A model generated the notes under the pieces. The model was given only the letters and a program-made list of their open reading frames with translations. It searched no databases and was not told the DNA's origin. The translations under genes and the position numbers were made by a program. This document shows, one piece after another, positions 53,764-62,265 of a stretch of 64,000 nt of DNA; position 1 is the first letter of the stretch, and each line of letters opens with the position of its first letter. This stretch comes from an uncultured Rivularia sp. (GTDB lineage Bacteria; Cyanobacteriota; Cyanobacteriia; Cyanobacteriales; Nostocaceae). The stretch is taken from positions 4,672,001 through 4,736,000 of the forward strand of contig OY762007.1 of NCBI GenBank assembly GCA_963665115.1, read 5' to 3'.

Positions 53764-54276
53764 GTGAATAATATGGACGCAATTTATATCCCCCAGCTTG
53801 CTCAAGCGTCAAAACCGATAGAAGATATAGTTGTTAAAGAGTTTCTACCAGGTTTAAATACTTTAACGCCAGTTCGCGGCAATATTCGCGTTGAGCATCG
53901 CGGAAATTTCTTACAATTAACCGCACAAGCTGAAGCAATTATGACCTTGAGTTGCAACCGTTGTTTACAGCAATACAACCATCGCGTTCGACTTAATGCT
54001 TCAGAAATTATTTGGTTAGATGAAGAAGCCGTTGAAGAAGAATTTTTGGCAGAAAGAGAAGTTGCTTTAGACGAATTGGTAGAAAGTGTCTCACCACATG
54101 GATACTTTCATCCTAGTGCTTGGCTATACGAACAAATGTGTTTGGAAATTCCCCAGCGTCAGTTATGCGAAGAAAAATGTCCCGGAATTGAGCAAAATCA
54201 ACAAGAAATTGAAACAGAAGATAAACCAATTGATAGTCGTTGGGCTTCTTTACAATCTTTGAAAAAACAGTTGTAA
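53764..54276 (+). CDS. YceD/DUF177 family protein
   Basis: CNRCL, LC.E.CPGI, IDSRWASL. Confidence 0.9.
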   Translation: MNNMDAIYIPQLAQASKPIEDIVVKEFLPGLNTLTPVRGNIRVEHRGNFLQLTAQAEAIMTLSCNRCLQQYNHRVRLNASEIIWLDEEAVEEEFLAEREVALDELVESVSPHGYFHPSAWLYEQMCLEIPQRQLCEEKCPGIEQNQQEIETEDKPIDSRWASLQSLKKQL

Positions 54277-54311
54277 TGAAGAATTTTAATTTGAATAATT
54301 GTTACTGCTAT

Positions 54312-54342
54312 AAGCCCGGTTTTTTGGAAAAACGGGGTTTTT
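54312..54342 (+). terminator. Putative terminator after the yceD-like gene
   Basis: aagcccggttttttggaaaaacggggtttttt hairpin with T run. Confidence 0.5.
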
Positions 54343-54370
54343 TAATATTAACCGATTATGAGCAAAACTC

Positions 54371-54505
54371 ATGGCTGAAGAATCACACAATTCAGATGAT
54401 GAGCTTCTAGCTGAGTACAAATTTGATTACAAGAAGGCTAAGCCTAACCGCTTTGTAAATCGTCGAGACTTCGATTCAGTTTCAGATTTGTTAATTTCTG
54501 GGTAA
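54371..54505 (+). pseudogene. Truncated BrnA-like antitoxin remnant
   Basis: DDELLAEYKFDYKKAKPNRF, then unrelated sequence and a stop. Upstream DYEQN resembles a BrnT toxin tail. Confidence 0.45.
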
Positions 54506-54536
54506 CATACGTAAAAATTATATTTTGCTTGACTTA

Positions 54537-55268
54537 CTAGCTAATCACCTTATTAGTTGGTTTCGTACTTAGAACATGGTGCTGTGTCCTAGAAAGCTGT
54601 GCAACCATTTCTGCACGAGATGAAACTTCAAGCTTACGGAACATTCGCTTCAAAGCTTGCTTGACAGAATTCTCGGTAATCCAAAGTTCAGTCCCGATTT
54701 CTGCGTTGGTTCGCCCTAAAGCAACCAATTCGGCAATCTGCAACTCACGAGACGTTAAGCAATTGGTGCGAAACGGTCGGTTTTTCACTTCCTCTAGATT
54801 TGCACTTTGCGCGAATCGCACTGTTGTAGTCCAAACCGATAAGTGCAAACAGATCGCACTTAGATCGGCTAAATTGTTGGTATCAAAGGCAGGCATTGAC
54901 TTGTCACGGGTGCAGCCTATGACACCCACTAATTGACCGCGATCGATTACAGGTCCTGCCATCACATGCCAATGATCGGGACGGGGACAAATGATAGCCC
55001 ATGCCTTGGGCGATGTCACCAATCCTTCGTGAGCAGGCGTATGACGCTCGGCAACATAACGCGCCACTGGATTATGTTTGGTAGATAGTGCGATGTTCAG
55101 TATTTCCTGAAGCTTGCGATTGCCTAAAGGCTGTTTGTCAAAGAAGAAAATTCCCGATCGCTTGGCTGCAAAATACTCACCTATTTTTGGCACGAGATGA
55201 GATTGGAGGTCATCTTCATCTCTATCCCGGTCGATAGCTTCAAATAAAAGTTGCAAGGAAGTCGTCAT
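54537..55268 (-). CDS. LuxR-family regulator with GAF-like sensor domain
   Basis: LTSRELQIAELVALGRTNAEIG..L.I.ENSVK HTH, CPRPDHWHVMAGP. Confidence 0.9.
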   Translation of the reverse strand: MTTSLQLLFEAIDRDRDEDDLQSHLVPKIGEYFAAKRSGIFFFDKQPLGNRKLQEILNIALSTKHNPVARYVAERHTPAHEGLVTSPKAWAIICPRPDHWHVMAGPVIDRGQLVGVIGCTRDKSMPAFDTNNLADLSAICLHLSVWTTTVRFAQSANLEEVKNRPFRTNCLTSRELQIAELVALGRTNAEIGTELWITENSVKQALKRMFRKLEVSSRAEMVAQLSRTQHHVLSTKPTNKVIS

Positions 55269-55280
55269 AGTGTCGAAAAG

Positions 55281-55298
55281 AGTACTCGATCGAGGACT
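55281..55298. promoter_or_regulatory. Candidate palindromic operator between divergent LuxR and DJ-1 genes
   Basis: agtactcgatcgaggact is 16/18 self-complementary. Confidence 0.35.
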
Positions 55299-55367
55299 GG
55301 GCAGGGTTGGTTGCCACTTCTAGTATAAAGATAGATTTAATTGCAGTCCCTAGAAGGAGATCAATTC

Positions 55368-56039
55368 ATGACTGACTCACAAAAGCACATCATTGGTTTG
55401 GTATTTTATCCCGACATGACGGCACTTGATATTGTCGGACCACAGCAAGTTTTTAGTGGGCTTCCCGGTATCCAAATCCATCGCATCTGGAAGACGCTAG
55501 ACGCGATCAAAACCGATGATGGAATGATAATTTTGCCTGACACGACCTTTGAAGATTGCCCGCCCTTAGACGTTATTTGTGTCGGTGGTGGCTTGGGGCA
55601 GGCGGCAGTAGTAAACGATCCAGAGGTGCTTGATTTTTTCCAGAAACAAGGCAGCACTGCGAAGTTCATCACCTCTGTGTGCGGTGGCTCTGAGTTTTTG
55701 GCAAATGCAGGACTGCTTCAAGGCTATCGAGCCGCAACTCACTGGATGATGCGCGAACAACTCGCAGCGCTAGGTGTTGAGGTTGGGACAGAGCGAGTTG
55801 TTACTGACCGAAATCGTATAACGGGTGGAGGGGTTACGGCAGGCATTGATTTTGCTTTAACGATTGCTGAAGTACTTTGTGGTGAGGAAGCCGCCAAAAT
55901 TACTCAACTATTGATGGAGTACGATCCAGCCCCTCCCTTCGATGTCGGCTCACCCGAAAAAGCGGGGGCTGAGTTGGTCAACAAGGCGATGGCATATGCT
56001 GCGGGGACATTTGGTTTAGAGGTAAAACAGGCGGTTTGA
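55368..56039 (+). CDS. DJ-1/PfpI family protein (isonitrile hydratase-like)
   Basis: LDIVGP, ITSVCGGS nucleophile elbow, ATHW, GGVTAGID, EYDPAPPF..G.P. AAGGAG SD. Confidence 0.9.
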   Translation: MTDSQKHIIGLVFYPDMTALDIVGPQQVFSGLPGIQIHRIWKTLDAIKTDDGMIILPDTTFEDCPPLDVICVGGGLGQAAVVNDPEVLDFFQKQGSTAKFITSVCGGSEFLANAGLLQGYRAATHWMMREQLAALGVEVGTERVVTDRNRITGGGVTAGIDFALTIAEVLCGEEAAKITQLLMEYDPAPPFDVGSPEKAGAELVNKAMAYAAGTFGLEVKQAV

Positions 56040-56040
56040 C

Positions 56041-56553
56041 ATGACTAAAAATTTAGAACCAAATTTAGAACCAAATTTAGAAATAAATTTAGAAATTGAT
56101 TGCGATGCCGTTGGCGAAGCCCTGCCCGATCGGGTAATAACCTTTGCTTCGGAGAATCGCACTCCCTCACGTTGGATGCAAATCGGTTTTTATGCCACTG
56201 CAATCGTTTTTAATCTTTGCTTAATTGCTCAGTTATTAACAGTTGGGATAGCCTACTTCAATGATTCTACTTGGTGGGATGTTCATGTTTGGCTAGTACG
56301 AGGGTATAGTGGGCTGTCTTTAATATTACTGGGAGGGTCATTAATAGCACCATTCTCAGATAGAATCCGATCTCTCGCCGCCAGTTTACCCGTGCTGCTT
56401 GGAATACAATTTTGCAGCATTCATCTCAAGACTCTCCACCTAGAAATACTCCATCCTCTGATTGGGTTCACGTTGTTATATGTTTCTTCAAGCCTTGTAC
56501 ATCGTCTATCGCGTGAGGTGTTTAATGAGTCAGACCTTGTGACTAAATCTTAA
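56041..56553 (+). CDS. Four-TM membrane protein (DUF6220-like)
   Basis: Four hydrophobic helices with His (WDVH, LHPL). N-terminal 12-bp tandem repeat encoding (NLEP)n. Confidence 0.65.
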   Translation: MTKNLEPNLEPNLEINLEIDCDAVGEALPDRVITFASENRTPSRWMQIGFYATAIVFNLCLIAQLLTVGIAYFNDSTWWDVHVWLVRGYSGLSLILLGGSLIAPFSDRIRSLAASLPVLLGIQFCSIHLKTLHLEILHPLIGFTLLYVSSSLVHRLSREVFNESDLVTKS

Positions 56554-56645
56554 AGAGTTTCTAAATAGGCATTCCCAGCCTCCGGACTGGGAACGACATT
56601 AGAATTCATTATTTTTACTTCCCCCTTGTCTCCCCATCCCTTTCC

Positions 56646-58010
56646 TCAAAAACGATAAGCAAGAAACGGAATTAACATTTCAGCACTACTTAAACCAGCA
56701 TGAACTCCAAAATGCCCCTTATAACGCTCCTCATTTGTAATATGCTGGCGACATATCCAGTCTTTGTGAGAAATAAGCAGTAAATCGCCAATTCTATCTT
56801 CAGCTTCCTTACCCAAAGGTTTTCCCGGAAGTCCAAATAAACCTAATTTCATTGCTTCTGATTTAGTTATGGTAAAAAAGTTTTCGCTAAAATTCTGCTT
56901 TATATAATCTGCCACAACAGCTTGTTTATCGTGCTTAACGTGTAAATAACGAACCCGCGCCTCACCCGTTATCGGAGCAAATAAATTTTGGGTTAATTCG
57001 GGATGCTCTTCCAACCAAAGTGTATTTTCTAAGGGATTATACCTTTGCCCGTGGTCGGCTGTTAGTAACAAAACGGTATCATTACGACCCGCTAACGGTT
57101 CGAGAAGTTGTTTTTTAATCGCAAAATCTAACGTCGCAACTTCTGCTTTGTAAGAAGAACTCAGCGGCCCATAACGGTGAGAAACTGAATCTATAGTAGG
57201 TACGTATAAATAGGTAAAACTTTTTTGTTGACTAGTTTTTGTTAATAAACGTTCGCGCAATTGAGCAAAAGCATCCGAAGGTGTGCGATAACCTTTGAAA
57301 CCATCATTTCCAGCTTCCGAGCCAGCGCTGGTAAACCTGCTAATACTTGTTTGTTTAAACTGGTCAAAATTGATAATTTCTACATCTATTCCCGCTTTCT
57401 CCATGCGTAAATATATATTTGGAATGGGAAGCAAAGTTTCGGGATTGAATATGTTATCGGGGAAAGAGCCTCTACCCGCAGCAATTTGGGGACGAAAACC
57501 AATAAAATTAACTATAGTGCCAAGTTCGCGCATATAAAGATTAGTCGCCATCATCCCGTGTTGTGCGGGAGCATAACCAGTCGCTGCCGAAGTTAAAGCC
57601 GTTACGGTAGTGCTAGGGTAAACCGAAGTTGCAGGCATGAAAAAAGCTTCAGGGCGAACGCACGCTTGGGCGATGTTCGGAGCATCCTTAGAATTTGCAA
57701 GGGTTTGTAATTGTTCGTAACCAAATCCATCCAAAATTAACAGCACCACATGATTGATAGGAGCTTGATTTTGCCAAGATTTCCAAGCTTCCGATACTTC
57801 AGATGCTGCTAATAATTCTGGATTGAAAGCGGGTGTTGCTGCTTCCTCGCTCAAAGTCGGAGCATCGGGAGCCAGCCAGTCAATCGCTAAAGAAGCAATA
57901 TTACTCAAACCAAGTCCGTCGTAGCTGGGTTTAACTGCTTCGACACCGAATAAATCCGGTAGTTTTTGGCGAGCAAGCAATTTTTCTCTGGCTATAGCTG
58001 ATATTCCCAT
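56646..58010 (-). CDS. Alkaline phosphatase superfamily / nucleotide pyrophosphatase-phosphodiesterase
   Basis: LLILDGFG, SVYPSTT, D..SH.YGP, TADHG, G.HAGL...EM.IP. Confidence 0.88.
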   Translation of the reverse strand: MGISAIAREKLLARQKLPDLFGVEAVKPSYDGLGLSNIASLAIDWLAPDAPTLSEEAATPAFNPELLAASEVSEAWKSWQNQAPINHVVLLILDGFGYEQLQTLANSKDAPNIAQACVRPEAFFMPATSVYPSTTVTALTSAATGYAPAQHGMMATNLYMRELGTIVNFIGFRPQIAAGRGSFPDNIFNPETLLPIPNIYLRMEKAGIDVEIINFDQFKQTSISRFTSAGSEAGNDGFKGYRTPSDAFAQLRERLLTKTSQQKSFTYLYVPTIDSVSHRYGPLSSSYKAEVATLDFAIKKQLLEPLAGRNDTVLLLTADHGQRYNPLENTLWLEEHPELTQNLFAPITGEARVRYLHVKHDKQAVVADYIKQNFSENFFTITKSEAMKLGLFGLPGKPLGKEAEDRIGDLLLISHKDWICRQHITNEERYKGHFGVHAGLSSAEMLIPFLAYRF

Positions 58011-58114
58011 TATTTTAATAGTTTGCGATACGCCGCAATTATTCTATCTTCTAGTTTTGAAGCTAGGATGGGATATTGTGTTTTTCTTTATATATTTCAT
58101 CTTTTAATAAATCG

Positions 58115-58846
58115 CTAATTTTTGCTGACAAATACAAAGCCACGTGTTTTACCCGAAGTCGAATCAACAGTATTCATCGCCTTCCATAAATCTTCCGTTT
58201 TTACCCAAACTGGCGGATATTTGTAACGGGAAACATCCAAGATTAAAAATCTATCTGTTTCTTGGTTGTAAGCAGCTAAAGGAGAAATATGTCCGCCTGT
58301 TTTTTGACCAATTGCTTTACGTAAATAGTTGATAATAATGAAATTATCCGATTGTTTTAAATTATCTGCTGCAAGCTTGCGAAACTCTTCTAAGCTAGTA
58401 TTACCTGCATGATAAACTTGTGTTTTAACTTGGTAACTTTCTAATAGTTTTCCTAACTCTTGCAGCGTCATTCCTTGACGAGAAACAACACCAGGACTTA
58501 TTACTTTGACAGCGGCTTGATTGCTAAAAAAATTATCTTGAGTAAATACGCGATAGGGTTTATATTCTGGAGATTCTGGTGCGGGAATACCTAAACTATT
58601 TAATACCATTACAATACTAGCGACTCCACAGTATGCTTGATTGTCTTGAGTGACAAACTGCATAGTTAAAGGGAAAAAATCTTCTGTTGATTTACTTTTA
58701 AGTAGTAAGTTTTTTCCTTCATCTGTATCAAAACTAATCAAATTATCTGTTAGAGTAAGCGTTTGAGCAAATACAGTTCCACTAGCGATACAGGTTCCTA
58801 AGATGAAAATTATCTGGGAAAATTTTGATAGCTTTAAACGAATCAT
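58115..58846 (-). CDS. Phytochelatin synthase family protein (prokaryotic, exported)
   Basis: Q.NQAYCGVAS (Cys), GGHISP (His), LDVSRYKYPP.W (Asp), signal peptide. Confidence 0.92.
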   Translation of the reverse strand: MIRLKLSKFSQIIFILGTCIASGTVFAQTLTLTDNLISFDTDEGKNLLLKSKSTEDFFPLTMQFVTQDNQAYCGVASIVMVLNSLGIPAPESPEYKPYRVFTQDNFFSNQAAVKVISPGVVSRQGMTLQELGKLLESYQVKTQVYHAGNTSLEEFRKLAADNLKQSDNFIIINYLRKAIGQKTGGHISPLAAYNQETDRFLILDVSRYKYPPVWVKTEDLWKAMNTVDSTSGKTRGFVFVSKN

Positions 58847-58968
58847 TTTTATTAAATTATTTGAAAAATAATATCTATCATAAATTTTACACTTGGATTG
58901 ACCTTACTGTAATTTAATTTTCTTTTACTAAGCTAAGCTAGACTTATAGCACTTCTACACTTGCTAAT

Positions 58969-59853
58969 ATGTCTGTCGCCAAAGAATTAGAAACCATAGA
59001 AGAAACCGTAGATTTAGACATCCCAAATGATGTAACATTTCCTCCAGGGGATATATACAGCGATGAGCCACCTTTGGAAAGCGATTTACATTTAAAGCAG
59101 ATGATTCTGCTGATACAGTGCTTAGAATTATTTTGGCAAAACCGTAATGACTTTTATGTTGCTGGTAATTTGACGATTTATTACAGTAATCGTCAACTTA
59201 AGTCAGAAAAGTTTCGCGGGCCAGATTTTTTTGCAGTGTTAGAAACCGAACGCAAGCCGCGTAAAAGCTGGGTAGTTTGGGAAGAAGACGGTAAATATCC
59301 AAATATTATTGTAGAAATACTTTCTAATTCCACCGCAGCAACAGACAGAGAATTAAAGAAGAAAATTTATCAAAATACTTTTCGCACTCCTGATTATTTC
59401 TGGTTCGATCCTGTAAGTTTAGAATTCAAAGGATTTCATTTAGTTGATGGTGAATATCAGCCACTCGAACCAAACGAGCAAGGTTGGTTATGGAGCGAGC
59501 AATTAAGCTTATTCTTAGGAATTCATCAAGAACAGTTACGTTATTTTACACCCGAAGGTGAATTACTTCCGACTCCAGAAGAATTAGCACAACAAAAAAC
59601 CCAACGAGCAAACCAAGAAGCCCAGCGTGCCGAACAAGAAACACAGCGAGCAAACCAAGAAGCCCAGCGTGCCGAACAAGAAACACAGCGAGCAAACCAA
59701 GAAGCCCAGCGTGCCGAACAAGAAACACAGCGAGCAAACCAAGAAGCCCAACGTGCCGAACAAGAAACACAGCGAGCAGATACAGAAGCTCAGCGTGCCG
59801 AACGTTTAGCAGCAAAATTAAGAGAGTTAAATATAGATATAGATGATTTATAG
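58969..59853 (+). CDS. Uma2 family endonuclease with expanded coiled-coil tail
   Basis: SDEPPLES, RGPDFF, VEILS, YFWFDP, tandem QETQRANQEAQRAE. Confidence 0.92.
   Translation: MSVAKELETIEETVDLDIPNDVTFPPGDIYSDEPPLESDLHLKQMILLIQCLELFWQNRNDFYVAGNLTIYYSNRQLKSEKFRGPDFFAVLETERKPRKSWVVWEEDGKYPNIIVEILSNSTAATDRELKKKIYQNTFRTPDYFWFDPVSLEFKGFHLVDGEYQPLEPNEQGWLWSEQLSLFLGIHQEQLRYFTPEGELLPTPEELAQQKTQRANQEAQRAEQETQRANQEAQRAEQETQRANQEAQRAEQETQRANQEAQRAEQETQRADTEAQRAERLAAKLRELNIDIDDL
59593..59802 (+). repeat. Tandem 42-bp coding repeats in the Uma2 tail
   Basis: caagaaacacagcgagcaaaccaagaagcccagcgtgccgaa repeated about 4-5 times. Confidence 0.9.
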
Positions 59854-59926
59854 AAAAAAATTTAAAATTAAAATTTTTGAATTAAGACAGCCACTTTGGG
59901 CTGTCCTATAATTAAACTTAATTTAA

Positions 59927-60130
59927 TCAAATTTCATCGGGAATCACCCATTTAGGCGGCTCCGACAATTTTTTCATTCTGGCGATTTCAGCCATTTCGA
60001 GCATTTTGTCTAAAGAAGTATCTTGAATAAATTGTGATGCTTCTTGCCCATACTCTTTATTCGGACATTTGTCCCCTAAAACACAGCCGTTAACGCAGGC
60101 TTCAGCGCAATTGATTTTTTGTTCTTCCAT
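59927..60130 (-). CDS. Small Cys-rich conserved hypothetical protein
   Basis: MEEQKINCAEACVNGCVLGDKCPN...PPKWVIP. GAGGGGAG SD. Confidence 0.8.
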   Translation of the reverse strand: MEEQKINCAEACVNGCVLGDKCPNKEYGQEASQFIQDTSLDKMLEMAEIARMKKLSEPPKWVIPDEI

Positions 60131-60354
60131 CGTGACTCCCCTCTTAACTAATACTTTTACAAAATAGATATTAGCTTCTGGATAAATATTAACGCGCAAT
60201 CCGATTTTGGATTAAGCAGGGAATAGGAATGAGGAATTAGGAGTTAGGAGTTAGGAGTTAAGTAATAGAATAGTGTGATGATGCAATTGAGGTAAGAGAG
60301 TTTTTTATCATCTCCCAATGCCCAATGCCCCATCCCCAATGCCCAATTTAAGAA

Positions 60355-61749
60355 ATGCCTGAAACCTTTGCTACAACTGGAACTATCGCGGCGATCGCCA
60401 CTGCTGTTGTCCCCCAACAGGGTAGCGTAGGAATTGTGCGAATTTCCGGTTCGGAAGCCTTACAAATCGCCGAACAGATTTTCCACGCACCGGGAAAACA
60501 AGTTGTAGAATCTCACCGGATTCTCTACGGTTATATTCGCCATCCTCAAACGCAAAAGTTGGTAGATGAAGCGTTGTTGTTAGTCATGAAAGCCCCTCGC
60601 TCGTATACCCGTGAAGATGTTGTAGAGTTTCACTGTCACGGGGGAATTATGGCGGTGCAGCAAGTATTAAAATTATGCCTGGAAGGCGGCGCAAGGCTCG
60701 CACAACCTGGGGAATTTACCTTAAGAGCATTTTTGAACGGACGTATTGATTTATCGCAAGCAGAGAGCATTTCCGATTTAGTTGGTGCAAAATCTCCTCA
60801 AGCTGCCCAAATAGCACTTGTTGGTTTACAAGGAAAACTTGCTGATTCTATCCGTCAGTTACGCGCTAAATGTTTGGATATTGTTGCCGAAATTGAAGCG
60901 CGGATTGATTTTGAGGAAGACTTACCCCCTTTGGATGGTGAAGCAATAGTCTCGGATGTGAAAAATGTTTTAGCAGAGATTGCAAAATTATTAACAACTG
61001 CCGATAAAGGCGAGCTTTTACGCACGGGTTTAAAAGTAGCTATTGTTGGTCGTCCGAATGTGGGAAAATCAAGTTTGTTAAATGCTTGGAGTCGTAGCGA
61101 TAGAGCGATTGTTACCGATTTACCGGGAACCACTCGTGATGTTGTTGAATCCCAATTGGTTGTGGGTGGTATACCCGTACAAGTATTAGATACAGCAGGT
61201 ATTCGCGATACCGAAGATCGGGTAGAAAAAATTGGTGTTGAGCGTTCCCGAAGTGTCGCACAAGCAGCTGATTTAGTATTATTTACAATTGATGCAACAA
61301 CGGGATGGACAAAAGATGACGAAGTAATTTACGAACAAGTAAAGCATCGTCCTTTGATATTAGTAATTAATAAAATTGATTTAGTTGAAGAAGAAAAAAT
61401 AAATTATATTACATCAGAAATTCTAAAGATAGAATCTAAAATATTCACAGCAGCCGCTAAAAATGAAGGTATTGAAGCATTAGAAATTGCGATTTTAGAA
61501 CAGGTAGAAATAGGAAATATAGAAGCAGCAGATATTGAGATAGCAATTAACCAACGTCAAGCGGCTGCATTAATCCAAGCAAAAACATCTTTAGAACAAG
61601 TGCAAATCACCATTGAAGAGGAATTACCCTTTGATTTTTGGACAATTGATTTACGCGCTGCAATTAACGCTTTAGGGGAAATTACTGGAGAAGAAGCGAC
61701 AGAATCTGTTTTAGATCGGATTTTTAGTAAGTTTTGTATTGGGAAATGA
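60355..61749 (+). CDS. mnmE: tRNA modification GTPase MnmE/TrmE
   Basis: [32 protein letters not shown]-terminal FCIGK. Confidence 0.98.
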   Translation: MPETFATTGTIAAIATAVVPQQGSVGIVRISGSEALQIAEQIFHAPGKQVVESHRILYGYIRHPQTQKLVDEALLLVMKAPRSYTREDVVEFHCHGGIMAVQQVLKLCLEGGARLAQPGEFTLRAFLNGRIDLSQAESISDLVGAKSPQAAQIALVGLQGKLADSIRQLRAKCLDIVAEIEARIDFEEDLPPLDGEAIVSDVKNVLAEIAKLLTTADKGELLRTGLKVAIVGRPNVGKSSLLNAWSRSDRAIVTDLPGTTRDVVESQLVVGGIPVQVLDTAGIRDTEDRVEKIGVERSRSVAQAADLVLFTIDATTGWTKDDEVIYEQVKHRPLILVINKIDLVEEEKINYITSEILKIESKIFTAAAKNEGIEALEIAILEQVEIGNIEAADIEIAINQRQAAALIQAKTSLEQVQITIEEELPFDFWTIDLRAAINALGEITGEEATESVLDRIFSKFCIGK

Positions 61750-61969
61750 ATTGTAAATACTTTTGACTTCCGCTTTCGCCGCATTATTTGCTGTAGGGTA
61801 GCGGTTGATACTTCTATCTATTCCTCAGATGGGATATTTATTCTTGTAATTATGTATACAGATATTGATAATTAAACATAAAATTATTCTCTGTATAAAT
61901 ACTTTATTTTAGAACTTATTAGTTGTTTCAAATACTATCAGTGCGGAACTAAAAGAAATAAAACATCTA

Positions 61970-62062
61970 TAGGACTTACGCAATCGCAACGGTGTATTAG
62001 GTATTTCAGACGCTTAGATCCTCCCAACCCCCCTTTTTAAGGGGGGCTTTGCGTAAGTCCCG
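61970..62062. mobile_element. MITE-like element, ggacttacgcaa TIRs, 5-bp target duplication ATCTA
   Basis: taggacttacgcaa ... ttgcgtaagtcccg. atcta at 61965-61969 and 62063-62067. Internal ccccctttttaaggggg hairpin. Confidence 0.75.
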
Positions 62063-62265
62063 ATCTATTTTTGTACAGTCAAATATACCAAACAATTGTC
62101 AATTAATTTCATCCCCTAAGTGCATAAGTTGATGAAATATGAAACTATTAACGAGAAGGGATGTTTTTTAAGCTTAATATCCGTTCCATAAAAACGTATT
62201 ATTTGATACTAATAAGCAAGCCTTTGTAAATGCGTGAGAAACAGAAGTTGTAGCTGGGTGTGGTG

